This document shows, in pieces, positions 1-15,000 of a stretch of DNA of 64,000 nt. The position numbers were made by a program, and so were the translations under genes. The notes beneath the pieces were generated by a model. That model did no database searches and had not been told where the DNA came from. It saw only the letters and a program-made list of their open reading frames with translations. This DNA comes from Octopus vulgaris (taxonomy: Eukaryota), in contig CATOCA020000001.1 in assembly GCA_951406725.2 (NCBI GenBank), positions 10,292,001 through 10,356,000 of the forward strand, written 5' to 3'. Within the stretch, counting starts at the first letter, position 1, and each line of letters starts with the position of its first letter.

Positions 1-3000
1 TATAGCTTGTGCAGAGTCCGGTGCCCCCGTAGGTACATCAGAACAAGGTAAATACCTAGTAAGTCTGTAGCTTGTGCAGAGTCCGGTGCTCCCGTAGGTA
101 CATCAGAACAAGGTAAATACCTAGTAAGTCTGTAGCTTGTGCAGAATCCGGTTGCTCCCGTAGGTACATCAGAACAAGGTAAATACCTAGTAAGTCTGTA
201 GCTTGTGCAGAGTCCGGTGCTACCGTAGGTACATCAGAACAAGGTAAATACCTAGTAAGTCTGTATCTTGTGCAGAGTCCGGTGATCCCGTAGGTACATC
301 AGAACAAGGTAAATACCTAGTAAGTCTGTAGCTTGTGCAGAATCCGGTGCTCCCGTAGGTACATCAGAATAAGGTAAATACCTAGTAAGTCTGTAGCTTG
401 TGCAGAATCCGGTGCTCCCGTAGGTACATCAGAACAAGGTAAATACCTAGTAAGTCTGTAGCTTGTGCAGAGACCGTTGCTCTCGTAGGTACATCAGTAC
501 AAGTTAAATACCTAGTAAGTCTGTCGCTTGTGCAGAGTCCGGTGCTCCCGTAGGTACATCAGAACAAGGTAAATACCTAGTAAGTCTGTAGCTTGTGCAG
601 AGACCGGTGCTCCCGTAGGTACATCAGAACAAGGTAAATACCTAGTAAGTCTGTAGCTTGTGCAGAGTCCGGTGCTCCCGTAGGTACATCAGAACAAGGT
701 AAATACCTAGTAAGTCTGTAGCTTGTGCAGAGACAGGTGCTCCCGTAGGTACATCAGAACAAGATAAATACCTAGTAAGTCTGTAGCTTGTGCAGAGTCC
801 GGTGCTCCCGTAGGTACATCAGAAAAAGGTAAATACCTAGTAAGTCTGTAGCTTGTGCAGAATCCGGTGCGCTCGTAGGTACATCAGAACAAGGTAAATA
901 CCTAGTAAGTCTGTAGCTTGTGCAGAGTCCGGTGCTCCCGTAGGTACATCAGAACAAGGTAAATACCTAGTAAGTCTGTAGCTTGTGCAGAGACCAATGC
1001 TCCCGTAGGTACATCAGAACAAGGTAAATACCTAGTAAGTCTGTAGCTTGTGCAGAGTCCGGTGCTTCCGTAGGTACATCAGAACAAGGTAAATATCTAG
1101 TAAGTCTGTAGCTTGTGCAGAGTCCGGTGCTCCCGTAGGTACATCAGAAAAAGGTAAATACCTAGTAAGTCTGTAGCTTGTGCAGAATCCGGTGCTCCCG
1201 TAGGTACATCAGAACAAGGTATATACCCAGTAAGTCTACAGCTTGTGCAGAGTCCGGTGCTCCAGTAGGTACATCAGAACAAGGTAAATACCTAGTAAGT
1301 CTGTAGCTTGTGCAGAGTCCGGTGCTCCCGTAGGTACATCAGAAAAAGGTAAATACCTAGTAAGTCTGTAGCTTGTGCAGAATCCGTTGCTCCCGTAGGT
1401 ATATCAGAACAAGGTAAATACCTAGTAAGTCTGTAGCTTGTGCAGAATCCGGTGCGCTCGTAGGTACATCAGAACAAGTTATATACCTAGTAAGTCTGTA
1501 GCTTGTGCAGAGTCCGGTGCTCCCGTAGGTACATCAGAAAAAGGTAAATACCTAGTATGTCTTTAAATTGTGCAGAGTCCGGTGCGCTCGTAGGTACATC
1601 AGAACAAGGTAAATACCTAGTAAGTCTGTAGCTTGTGCAGAGTCCGGTGATCCCGTAGGTACATCTGAACAAGGTAAATACCTAGTAAGTCTGTAGCTTG
1701 TGCAGAATCCGGTGCTCCCGTAGGTACATCAGAACAAGGTAAATACCTAGTAAGTCTGTAGCTTGTGCAGAATCCGGTGCTCCCGTAGGTACATCAGAAC
1801 AAGGTAAATACCTAGTAAGTCTGTAGCTTGTGCAGAGATCCGGTGCTCCCGTAGGTACATCAGAACAAGGTAAATACCTAGTAAGTCTGTAGCTTGTGCA
1901 GATCCGGTGCTCCCGTAGGTACATCAGAACAAGGTAAATACCTAGTAAGTCTGTAGCTTGTGCAGAGTCCGGTGCCCCCATAGGTACATCAGAACAAGGT
2001 AAATACCTAGTAAGTCTGTAGCTTGTGCAGAGACCAGGTCTCCCGTAGGTACATCAGAACAAGGTAAATACCTAGTAAGTCTGTAGCTTGTGCAGAGTCC
2101 GGTGCTCCCGTAGGTACATCAGAACAAGGTAAATACCTAGTAAGTCTGTAGCTTGTGCAGAATCCGGTGCTCCCGTAGGTACATCAGAACAAGGTAAATA
2201 CCTAGCAAGTCTGTAGCTTGTGCAGAGTCCGGTGCCCCCATAGGTACATCAGGACAAGGTAAATACCTAGTAAATCTGTAGCTTGTGCAGAGACCAATGC
2301 TCCCGTAGGTACATCAGAACAAGGTATATACCTAGTAAGTCTGTAGCTTGTGCAGAGTCCGGTTCTTCAGTAGGTACATCAGAACAAGGTAAATACCTAG
2401 TAAGTCTGTAGCTTGTGCAGAGTCCGGTGCTCCCGTAGGTACATCAGAAAAAGTTAAAAACCTAGTAAGTCTGTAGCTTGTGCAGAATCCGGTGCTCCCG
2501 TAGGTACATCAGAACAAGGTAAATACCTAGTAAGTCTGTAGCTTGTGCAGAGTCCGGTGCTCCCGTAGGTACATCAGAACAAGGTAAATACCTAGTAAGT
2601 CTGTAGCTTGTGCAGAGTCCGGTGCTCCCGTAGGTACATTAGAAAAAGGTAAATACCTAGTAAGTCTGTAGCTTGTGCAGAATCCGTTGCTCCCGTAGGT
2701 ATATAAGAAAAAGGTAAATACCTAGTAAGTCTGTAGCATGTGCAGAATCCGTTGCTCCCGTAGGTACATCAGAAAAAGGTAAATACCTAGTAAGTCTGTA
2801 GCTTGTGCAGAATCCGGTGCGCCCGTAGGTCCATCAGAACAAGGTATATACCCAGTAAGTCTACAGCTTGTGCAGAGTCCGGTGCTCCAGTAGGTACATC
2901 AGGACAAGGTAAATACCTAGTAAGTCTGTAGCTTGTGCAGAGACCAATGCTCCCGTAGGTACATCAGAACAAGGTATATACCTAGTAAGTCTGTAGCTTG

Positions 3001-6000
3001 TGCAGAGTCCGGTTCTTCAGTAGGTACATCAGAACAAGGTAAATATCTAGTAAGTCTGTAGCTTGTGCAGAGTCCGGTGCTCCCGTAGGTACATCAGAAA
3101 AAGGTAAATACCTAGTAAGTCTGTAGCTTGTGCAGAATCCGGTGCGCCCGTAGGTCCATCAGAACAAGGTATATACCCAGTAAGTCTACAGCTTGTGCAG
3201 AGTCCGGTGCTCCAGTAGGTACATCAGAACAAGGTAAAAACCTAGTAAGTCTGTAGCTTGTGCAGAGTCCGGTGCTCCCGTAGGTACATCAGAAAAAGGT
3301 AAATACCTAGTAAGTCTGTAGCTTGTGCAGAATCCGTTGCTCCCGTAGGTATATTAGAAAAAGGTAAATACCTAGTAAGTCTGTACATTGTGCAGAATCC
3401 GGTGCGCTCGTAGGTACATCAGAACAAGTTATATACCTAGTAAGTCTGTAGCTTGTGCAGAGTCCGGTGCTCCCGTAGGTACATCAGAAAAAGGTAAATA
3501 CCTAGTATGTCTTTAAATTGTGCAGAATCCGGTGCGCTCGTAGGTACATCAGAACAAGGTATATACCTAGCAAGTCTGTAGCTTGTGCAGAGTCCGGTGA
3601 TCCCGTAGGTACATCTGAACAAGGTAAATACCTAGTAAGTCTGTAGCTTGTGCAGAATCCGGTGCTCCCGTAGGTACATCAGAACAAGGTAAATACCTAG
3701 TAAGTCTGTAGCTTGTGCAGAATCCGGTGCTCCCGTAGGTACATCAGAACAAGGTAAATACCTAGTAAGTCTGTAGCTTGTGCAGAGTCCGGTGCTCCCG
3801 TAGGTACATCAGAACAAGGTAAATACCTAGTAAGTCTGTAGCTTGTGCAGAGTCCGGTGCTCCCGTAGGTACATCAGAACAAGGTAAATAACTTGTAAGT
3901 CTGTAGCTTGTGCAGAGTCCGGTGCCCCCATAGGTACATCAGAACAAGGTAAATACCTAGTAAGTCTGTAGCTTGTGCAGAGACCAGTGCTCCCGTAGGT
4001 ACATCAGAACAAGGTATATACCTAGTAAGTCTGTAGCTTTATCAGAGTCCGGTGCTCCCGTAGGTACATCAGAAAAAGGTAAATACCTAGTAAGTCTGTA
4101 GCATGTGCAGAATCCGTTGCTCCCGTAGGTACATCAGAACAAGGTAAATACCTAGTAAGTCTGTAGCTTGTGCAGAGTCCGGTGCTCCCGTAGGTACATC
4201 AGAACAAGGTAAATACCTAGTAAGTCTGTAGCTTGTGCAGAGTCCGGTGCTCCCGTAGGTACATCAGAACAAGGTAAATACCTAGTAAGTCTGTAGCTTG
4301 TGCAGAGTCCGGTGCTCCCGTAGGTACATCAGAACAAGGTAAATACCTAGTAAGTCTGTAGCTTGTGCAGAGTCCGGTGCTCCCGTAGGTACATCAGAAA
4401 AGGTAAATACCTAGTAAGTCTGTAGCTTGTGCAGAATCCGGTGCGCCCGTAGGTCCATCAGAACAAGGTATATACCTAGTAAGTCTACAGCTTGTGCAGA
4501 GTCCGGTGCTCCAGTAGGTACATCAGAACAAGGTAAAAACCTAGTAAGTCAGTAGCTTGTGCAGAGTCCGGTGCTCCCGTAGGTACATTAGAAAAAGGTA
4601 AATACCTAGTAAGTCTGTAGCTTGTGCAGAATCCGTTGCTCCCGTAGGTACATTAGAAAAAGGTAAATACCTAGTAAGTCTGTAGCATGTGCAGAATCCG
4701 TTGCGCTCGTAGGTACATCAGAACAAGTTATATACCTAGTAAGTCTGTAGCTTGTGCAGAGTCCGGGGCTCCCGTAGGTACATCAGAAAAAGGTAAATAC
4801 CTAGTAAGTCTTTAGATTGTGCAGAATCCGGTGCGCTCGTAGGTACATCAGAACAAGGTATATACCTAGTAAGTCTGTAGCTTGTGCAGAGTCCGGTGCT
4901 ACCGTAGGTACATCAGAACAAGGTAAATACCTAGTCAGTCTGTATCTTGTGCAGAGTCCGGTGATCCCGTAGGTACATCTGAACAAGGTAAATACCTAGT
5001 AAGTCTGTAGCTTGTGCAGAATCCGTTGCTCCCGTAGGTACATCAGAACAAGGTAAATACCTAGTAAGTCTGTAGCTTGTACAGAATCCGGTGCTCCCGT
5101 AGGTACATCAGAACAAGGTAAATACCTAGTAAGTCTGTAGCTTGTGCAGAGACCGGTGCTCTCGTAGGTACATCAGTACAAGGTAAATACCTAGTAAGTC
5201 TGTCGCTTGTGCAGAGACCGGTGCTCCCGTAGGTACATCAGAACAAGGTAAATACCTTGTAAGTCTGTAGCTTGTGCAGAGTCCGGTGCCCCCATAGGTA
5301 CATCAGAACAAGGTAAATACCTAGTAAGTCTGTAGCTTGTGCAGAGACCAGTGCTCCCGTAGGTACATCAGAACAAGGTATATACCTAGTAAGTCTGTAG
5401 CTTGTGCAGAGTCCGGTGCTCCCGTAGGTACATCAGAACAAGGTAAATACCTAGTAAGTCTGTACCTTGTGCAGAGTCTGGTGCTCCCGTAGGTACATTA
5501 GAAAAATTAATTACCTAGTAAGTCTGTAGCTTCTGCAGAATCCGTTGCGCTCGTAGGTACATCAGAACAAGTTATATACGTAGTAAGTCTGTAGCTTGTG
5601 CAGAGTCCGGTGCTCCCGTAGGTACATCAGAACAAGGTAAATACCTAGTAAGTCTGTAGCTTGTGCAGAGTCCGCTGCTCCCGTAGGTACATCAGAACAA
5701 GGTAAATAGCTAGTAAGTCTGTAGCTTGTGCAGAGTCCGGTGCTCCCGTAGGTACATCAGAACAAGGTAAATACCTAGTCAGTCTGTATCTTGTGCAGAG
5801 TCCGGTGCTCCCGTATGTACATCTGAACAAGGTAAATAGCTAGTAAGTCTGTAGCTTGTGCAGAGTCCGATGCTCCCGTAGGTACATCAGAACAAGGTAA
5901 ATACCTAGTAAGTCTGTAGCTTGTGCAGAATCCGGTGCTCCCGTAGGTACATCAGAACAAGGTAAATACCTAGTAAGTCTGTAGCTTGTACAGAATCCGG

Positions 6001-9000
6001 TGCTCCCGTAGGTACATCAGAACAAGGTAAATACCTAGTAAGTCTGTAGCTTGTGCAGAGACCGGTGCTCCCGTAGGTACATCAGAACAAGGTAAATAAC
6101 TAGTAAGTCTGTAGCTTGTGCAGAGACCGGTGCTCCCGTAGGTACATCAGAACAAGGTAAATACCTTGTAAGTCTGTAGCTTGTGCAGAGTCCGGTGCCC
6201 CCATAGGTACATCAGAACAAGGTAAATAACTAGTAAGTCTGTACCTTGTGCAGAGTCCGGTGCTCCCGTAGGTACATCAGAACAAGGTATAAACCTAGTA
6301 AGTCTGTAGCTTGTGCAGAGTCCGGTGCTCCCGTAGGTACATCAGAACAAGGTAAATACCTAGTAAGTCTGTAGCTTGTGCAGAGTCCGGTGCTCCCGTA
6401 GGTACATCAGAAAAAGTTAAAAAACTAGTAAGTCTGTAGCTTGTGCAGAATCCTTGGCGCTCGTAGGTACATCAGAACAAATTATATACCTAGTAAGTCT
6501 GTAGCTTGTGCAGAGTCCGGTGCTCCCGTAGGTACATCAGAACAAGGTAAATACCTAGTAAGTCTGTAGCTTGTGCAGAGTCCGGTGCTCCCGTAGGTAC
6601 ATCAGAACAAGGTAAATACCTAGTAAGTCTGTAGCTTGTGCAGAATCCGGTGTTCCCGTAGGTACATCAGAGCAAGGTAAATACCTAGTAAGTCTGTACC
6701 TTGTGCAGAGTCCGGTGCTCCCGTAGGTACATCAGAAAAAGGTAAATACCTAGTAAGTCTTTAACTTTGCAGAATCCGGTGCGCTCGTAGGTACATCAGA
6801 ACAAGGTATATAACTACTAAGTCTGTAGCTTGTGCATAGTCCGGTGCTCCCGTAGGTACATCAGAACAAGGTAAATAACTAGTAAGTCTGTAGCTTGTGC
6901 AGAGACCGGTGCTCCCGTAGGTACATCAGAACAAGGTAAATACCTAGTAAGTATGTAGCTTGTGCAGAGACCGGTGCTCCCGTAGGTACATCAGAAGAAG
7001 GTAAATACCTAGTAAGTCTGTAGCTTGTGCAGAGTCCGGTGCCCCCATAGGTACATCAGAACAAGGTAAATACCTAGTAAGTCTGTAGCTTGTGCAGAGA
7101 CCAATGCTCCCGTAGGTACATCAGAACAAGGTATATACCTAGTAAGTCTGTAGCTTGTGCAGAGTCCGGTTCTTCCGTAGGTACATCACAACAAGGTAAA
7201 TTCCTAGTAAGTCTGTACCTTGTGCAGTGTCCGGTGCTCCCGTAGGTACATCAGAAAAAGGTAAATACCTAGTAAGTCTTTAGCTTGTGCAGAATCCGGT
7301 GCGCTGTAGGTCCATCAGAACAAGGTATATACCTAGTAAATCTATAGCTTGTGCAGAGTCCGGTGCTCCCGTAGGTACATCAGAACAAGGTAAAAACCTA
7401 GTAAATCTGTACCTTGTGCAGAGTCCGGTGCTCCCGTAGGTACATCAGAAAAAGGTAAATACCTAGTAAGTCTGTAGCTTTTGCAGAATCCGGTGCGCTC
7501 GTAGGTACATCAGAACAAGTTATATACCTAGTAAGTCTGTAGCTTGTGCTGAGACCGGTGCTCCCGTAGGTACATCAGAACCTGGTAAATACCTAGTAAG
7601 TCTGTAGCTTGTGCAGAGTCCGGTGCTCCCGTAGGTACATCAGAACAAGGTAAATACCTAGTAAGTCTGTAGCTTGTGCAGAGTCCGGTGCTCCCGTAGG
7701 TACATCAGAAGAAGGTAAATACCTAGTAAGTCTGTAGCTTGTGCAGAATCCGGTGTTCCCGTAGGCACATCAGAGCAAGGTAAATACCTAGTAAGTCTGT
7801 ACCTTGTGCAGAGTCCGGTGCTCCCGTAGGTACATCTGAAAAAGGTAAATACCCAGTAAGTCTTTAGCTTGTGTAGTATCCGGTGCACCCGTAGGTCCAT
7901 CAGAACAAGGTATATACCTAATAAGTCTATAGCTTGTGCAGAGTCCGGTGCTCCCGTAGGTACATCAGAACAAGATAAATACCTAGTAAGTCTGTAGCTT
8001 GTGCAGAATCCGGTGTTCCCGTAGGTACATCAGAGCAAGGTAAATAACTAGTAAGTCTGTACCTTGTGCAGAGTCCGGTGCTCCCGTAGGTACATCAGAA
8101 TAAGGTATATACCTAGTAAATTTTTAGCTTTGCAGAATCCGGTGCGCTCTTAGGTACATCAGAACAAGGTATATACCTAGTAAGTCAGTAGCTTGTGCAG
8201 AGTCCGGTGCTCCCGTAGGTACATCAGAACAAGGTAAATAATTAGTAAGTCTGTAGCTTGTGCAGAGACCGGTGCTCCCGTAGGTACATCAGAACAAGGT
8301 AAATAGCTAGTAAGTCTGTAGCTTGTGCAGAGTCCGGTGCTCCCGAAGGTACATCAGAACAAGGTAAATACCTAGTAAGTCTGTAGCTTGTGCAGAATCC
8401 GGTGTTCCCGTAGGTACATCAGAACAAGGTAAAAACCTAGTAAGTCTTTAGCTTGTGCAGAATCCGGTGCGCCCGTAGGTACATCAGAACAAGGTATATA
8501 CCTAGTAAGTCTATAGCTTGTGCAGAGTCCGGTGCTCCCGTAGGTACATCAGAACAAGGTAAAAACCTAGTAAGTCTGTACCTTGTGCAGAGTCCGGTGC
8601 TCCCGTAGGTACATCAGAACAAGGTAAATACCTAGTAAGTCTGTAGCTTGTGCAGAGTCCGGTGCTCCCGTAGGTACATCAGAACAAGGTAAATACCTAG
8701 TAAGTCTGTACTTGTGCAGAGTCCGGTGCTCCCGTAGGTACATCAGAACAAGGTAAATACCTAGTAAGTCTGTAGCTTGTGCAGAGTCCGGTGCTCCCGT
8801 AGGTACATCAGAACAAGGTAAATACCTAGTAAGTCTGTAGCTTGTGCAGAATCCGGTGTTCCCGTAGGTACATCAGAAAAAGGTAAATACCTAGTAAGTC
8901 TTTAGCTTGTGCAGAATCCGGTGCGCCCGTAGGTCCATCAGAACAAGGTATATACCTAGTAAGTCTATAGCTTGTGCAGAGTCCGGTGCTCCCGTAGGTA

Positions 9001-12000
9001 CATCAGAACAAGGTAAAAACCTAGTAAGTCTGTAGCTTGTGCAGAGTCCGGTGCTCCCGTAGGTACATCAGAACAAGGTAAATACCTAGTAAGTCTGTAG
9101 CTTGTGCAGAGTCCGGTGCTCCCGTAGGTACATCAGAACAAGGTAAATACCTAGTAAGTCTGTAGCTTGTGCAGAGTCCGGTGCTCCCGTAGGTACATTA
9201 GAAAAAGGTAAATACCTAGTAAGTCTGTAGCTTGTGCAGAGTCCGGTGCTCCCGTAGGTACATCAGAACAAGGTAAATACCTAGTAAGTCTGTACCTTGT
9301 GCAGAGTCAAGTGCTCCCGTAGGTACATCAGAAAAAGGTAAATACCTAGTAAGTCTTTAGCTTGTGCAGAATCCGGTGCTCTCGTAGGTACATCAGAACA
9401 AGGTAAATACCTAGTAAGTCTGTAGCTTGTGCAGAATCCGGTGCTCTCGTAGGTACATCAGAACAAGGTAAATACCTAGTAAGTCTGTAGCTTGTGCAGA
9501 ATCCGGTGTTCCCGTAGGTACATCAGAGCAAGGTAAATACCTAGAAGTCTGTATCTTGTGCAGAGTCCGGTGCTCCCGTAGGTACATCAGAGCAAGGTAA
9601 AGACCTAGTCAGTCTGTATCATGTGCAGAGTCTGGTGCTCCCGTAGGTACATCAGAACAAGGTAAAAACCTAGTAATCCTGTACCTTGTGCAGAGTCCGG
9701 TGCTCCCGTAGGTACATAAGAAAAAGGTAAATACCTAGTAAGTCTTTAGCTTGTGCAGAATCCGGTGCTCTCGTAGGTACATCAGAACAAGGTAAATACC
9801 TAGTAAGTCTTTATCTTGTGCAGAGTCCGTTGCTCCCGCATGTACATCAGAACAAGGTAAATAGCTAGTAAGTCTGTAGCTTGTGCAGAATCCGGTGATC
9901 CCGTAGGTACATCAGAGCAAGGTATATACCTAGTAAGTCTGTAGCTTGTGCAGAATCCGGTGCTCCCGTAGGTACATCAGAAAAAGGTAAATACCTAGTA
10001 AGTCTTTAGCTTGTGCAGAATCCGGTGCGCTCGTAGGTACATCAGAACAAGGTATATACCTAGTAAGTCTGTAGCTTGTGCAGAGTCCGGTGCTCCCGTA
10101 GGTACATCAGAACAAGGTAAATACCTAGTAATTCTGTAGCTTGTGCAGAATCCGGTGCTCCCGTAGGTACATCAGAACAAGGTAAATACCTAGTAAGTCT
10201 GTAGCTTGTACAGAATCCGGTGCTCCGTAGGTACATCAGAACAAGGTAAATACCTAGTAAGTCTGTAGCTTGTGCAGAGACCGGTGCTCCCGTAGGTACA
10301 TCAGAAGAAGGTAAATACCTAGTGAAGTCTGTAGCTTTTGCAGAGACCGGTGCTCCCGTAGGTACATCAGAACAAGGTAAATACCTTGTAAGTCTGTAGC
10401 TTGTGCAGATTCCGGTGCCCCCATAGGTACATCAGAACAAGTTAAATACCTAGTAAGTATGTAGCTTGTGCAGAGACCAGTGCTCCCGTAGGTACATCAG
10501 AACAAGGTATATACCTAGTAAGTCTGTAGCTTGTGCAGAGTCCGGTGCTCCCGTAGGTACATCAGAACAAGGTAAATACCTAGTAAGTCTGTACCTTGTG
10601 CAGAGTCCGGTGCTCCCGTAGGTACATTAGAAAAAGGTAAATACCTAGTAAGTCTGTAGCTTGTGCAGAATCCGTTGCGCTCGTAGGTACATCAGAACAA
10701 GTTTTATACCTAGTAAGTCTGTAGCTTGTGCAGAGTCAGGTGCTCCCGTAGGTACATCAGAACAAGGTAAATACCTAGTAAGTCTGTAGCTTGTGCAGAG
10801 TCCGGTGCTCCCGTAGGTACATAAGAACAAGGTAAATACCTAGTAAGTCTGTAGCTTGTGCAGAGTCCGTTGCTCCCGTAGGTACATCAGAACAAGGTAA
10901 ATACCTAGTAAGTCTGTAGCTTGTGCAGAATCCGGTGTTCCCGTAGGTACATCAGAGCAAGGTAAATACCTAGTAAGTCTGTACCTTGTGCAGAGTCCGG
11001 TGCTCCCGTAGGTACATCAGAAAAAGGTAAATACCTAGTAAGTCTTTAATTTGTGCAGAATCCGGTGCGCTCGTAGGCACATCAGAACAAGGTATATACC
11101 TAGTAAGTCTGTAGCTTGTGCAGAGTCCGGTGCTCCCGTAGGTCCATCAGAACAAGGTATATACCTAGTAAGTCTATAGCTTGTGCAGAGTCCGGTGCTC
11201 CAGTAGGTACATCAGAACAAGGTAAAAACCTAGTAAGTCTGTACCTTGTGCAGAGTCCGGTGCTCCCGTAGGTACATCAGAACAAGGTAAATACCTAGTA
11301 AGTCTGTACCTTGTGCAGAGACCGGTGCTCCCGTAGGTACATCAGAACAAGGTATATACCTAGTAAGTCTGTACCTTGTGCAGAGTCCGGTGCTCCCGTA
11401 GGTATATTAGAAAAAGGTAAATACCTAGTAAGTCTGTAGCTTGTGCAGAGTCCGGTGCTCCCGTAGGTACATCAGAACAAGGTAAATACCTAGTAAGTCT
11501 GTACCTTGTGCAGAATCCGCTGCTCCCGTAGGTACATCAGAACAAGGTAAATACCTAGTAAGTCTGTAGCTTGTGCAGAATCCGCTGCTCCCGTAGGTAC
11601 ATCAGAACAAGGTAAATAACTAGTAAGTCTGTAGCTTGTGCAGAGTCCGGTGCTCCCGTAGGTACATCAGAGCAAGGTAAATACCTAGTAAGTCTGTAGC
11701 TTGTGCAGAGTCCGGTGCTCCCGTAGGTACATCAGAGCAAGGTAAATACCTAGTCAGTCTGTATCATGTGCAGAGTCTGGTGCTCCCGTAGGTACATCAG
11801 AACAAGGTAAATACCTAGTAAGTCTGTACCTTGTGCAGAGTCCGGTGCTCCCGTAGGTACATCAGAAAAAGGTAAATACCTAGTAAGTCATTAGCTTGTG
11901 CAGAGTCCGGTGCGCTCGTAGGTACATCAGAACAAGGTATATACCTAGTAAGTCTATAGCTTGTGCAGAGTCCGGTGCTCCCGTAGGTACATCAGAACAA

Positions 12001-15000
12001 GGTAAATACCTTGTAAGTCTGTAGCTTGTGCAGAGTCCGGTGCTCCCGTAGGTACATATGAACAAGGTAAATACCTAGTAAGTCTGTAGCTTGTGCAGAG
12101 TCCGTTGCTCCCGTAGGTACATCAGAACAAGGTTAAATACCTAGTAAGTCTGTACCTTGTGCAGAGTCCGGTGCTCCCGTAGGTACATTAGAAAAAGGTA
12201 AATACCTAGTAAGTCTGTAGCTTGTGCAGAATCCGTTGCGCTCGTAGGTACATCAGAACAAGGTTAATACCTAGTAAGTCTGTAGCTTGTGCAGAGTCCG
12301 CTGCTCCCGTAGGTACATCAGAACAAGGTAAATACCTAGTAAGTCTGTAGCTTGTGCAGAGTCCGGTGCTCCCGTAGGTACATCAGAACAAGGTAAATAG
12401 CCTAGTAAGTCTGTAGCTTGTGCAGAGTCCGGTGCTCCCGTAGGTACATCAGAACAAGGTAAATACCTAGTAAGTCTGTAGCTTTTCAGAGTCCGGTGCT
12501 CCCGTAGGTACATCAGAAAAAGGTAAATACCTAGTAAGTCTGTAGCTTGTGCAGAATCCGTTGCGCTCGTAGGTACATCAGAACAAGAAAAATACTAGTA
12601 AGTCTGTAGCTTGTGCAGAGTCCGGTGCTCCCGTAGGTACATCAGAACAAGGTAAATACCTAGTAAGTCTGTAGCTTGTGCAGAGTCCGGTGCTCCCGTA
12701 GGTACATCAGAACAAGGTAAATACCTAGTAAGTCTGTAGCTTGTGCAGAATCCGGTGCTCACGTAGGTACATCAGAACAAGGTAAATACCTAGTAAGTCT
12801 GTAGCTTGTGCAGAGACCGGTGCTCCCGTAGGTACATCAGAACAAGGTAAAAAACCTAGTAAGTCTGTAGCTTGTGCAGAGACCGGTGCTCCCGTAGGTA
12901 CATCAGAACAAGGTAAATACCTTGTAAGTCTGTAGCTTGTGCAGAGACCAATGCTCCCGTAGGTACATCAGAACAAGGTATATACCTAGTAAGTCTGTAG
13001 CTTGTGCAGAGTCGGGTTCTTCCGTAGGTACATCAGAACAAGGTAAATACCTAGTAAGTCTGTACCTTGTGCAGAGTCCGGTGCTCCCGTAGGTACATCA
13101 GAAAAAGGTAAATACCTAGTAAGTCTTTAACTTTGCAGAATCCGGTGCGCTCGTAGGTACATCAGAACAAGGTATATACCTAGTAAGTCAGTAGCTTCTG
13201 CAGAGTCCGGTGCTCCCGTAGGTACATCAGAACAAGGTAAATAATTAGTAAGTCTGTAGCTTGTGCAGAGACCGGTGCTCCCGTAGGTATATCAGAACAA
13301 GGTAAATAACTAGTAAGTCTGTAGCTTGTGCAGAGTCCGGTGCTCCCGTAGGTACATCAGAACAAGGTAAATACCTAGTAAGTCTGTAGCTTGTGCAGAA
13401 TCCGGTGTTCCCGTAGGTACATCAGAAAAAGTTAAATACCTAGTAAGTCTTTAGCTTGTGCAGAGTCCGGTGCTCCCGTAGGTACATCAGAACAAGGTAA
13501 AAACCTAGTAAGTCTGTACCTTGTGCAGAGTCTGGTGCTCCCGTAGGTACATCAGAACAAGGTAAATACCAAGTAAGTCTGTACCTTGTGCAGAGACAGG
13601 TGCTCCCGTAGGTACATCAGAACAAGGTATATACCTAGTAAGTCTGTACCTTGTGCAGAGTCCGGTGCTCCCGTAGGTACATCAGAAAAAGGTAAATACC
13701 TAGTAAGTCTGTAGCTTGTGCAGAGTCCGGTGCTCCCGTAGTTACATCAGAACAAGGTAAATACCTAGTAAGTCTGTAGCTTGTGCAGAGTCCGGTGCTC
13801 CCGTAGGTACATAGGGAACAAGGTAAATACCTAGTAAGTCTGTAGCTTGTGCAGAATCCGCTGCTCCCGTAGGTACATCAGAACAAGGTAAATACCTAGT
13901 AAGTCTGTAGCTTGTGCAGAATCCGGTGTTCCCGTAGGTACATCAGAGCAAGGTAAATACCTAGTAAGTCTGTATCTTGTGCAGAGTCCGGTTTTCCCGT
14001 AGGTACATCAGAACAAGGTAAATACGTAGTCAGTCTGTATCTTGTGCAGAGTCTGGTGCTCCCGTAGGTACATCAGAACAAGGTAAATACCTAGTAAGTC
14101 TGTACCTTGTGCAGAGTCCGGTGCTCCCGTAGGTACATCAGAAAAAGGTAAATACCTAGTAAGTCTTTAGCTTGTGCAGAATCCGGTGCTCCCGTAGGTA
14201 CATCAGAACAAGGTAAATACCTAGTAAGTCTGTAGCTTGTGCAGAGTCCGGTGCTCCCGTAGGTACATCAGAACAAGGTAAATACCTAGTAAGTCTGTAG
14301 CTTGTGCAGAGTCCGGTGCTCCCGTAGGTACATCAGAACAAGGTAAATACCTAGTAAGTCTGTAGCTTGTGCAGAGTCCGGTGCTCCCGTAGGTACATCA
14401 GAACAAGGTAAATACCTAGTAAGTATGTAGCTTGTGCAGAATCCGGTGTTCCCGTAGGTACATCAGATTAAGGTAAATACCTAGTAAGTCTGTAGCTTGT
14501 GCAGAATCCGGTGCTCCCGTAGGTACATCAGAAAAAGGTAAATACCTAGTAAATCTTTAAATTGTGCAGAATCCGGTGCGCTCCTTTGGCACATCGGAAC
14601 AAGGTATATACCTAGTAAGTCTGTAGCTTGTGCAGAGTCCGGTGCTCCCGTAGGTACATCAGAACAAGGTAAATACCTAGTCAGTCTGTATCTTGTGCAG
14701 AGTCCGGTGCTCCCGTATGTACATCTGAACAAGGTAAATACCTAGTAAGTCTGTAGCTTGTGCAGAGTCCGATGCTCCCCTAGGTACATCAGAACAAGGT
14801 AAATACCTAGTAAGTCTGTAGCTTGTGCAGAATCCGGTGCTCCTGTAGGTACATCAGAACAAGGTAAATACCTAGTAAGTCTGTAGCTTGTGCAGAATCT
14901 GGTGCTCCCGTAGGTACATCAGAAGAAGGTAAATACATAGTAAGTCTGTAGCTTGTGCAGAGACCGGTGCTCCCGTAGGTACATCAGAACAAGGTAAATA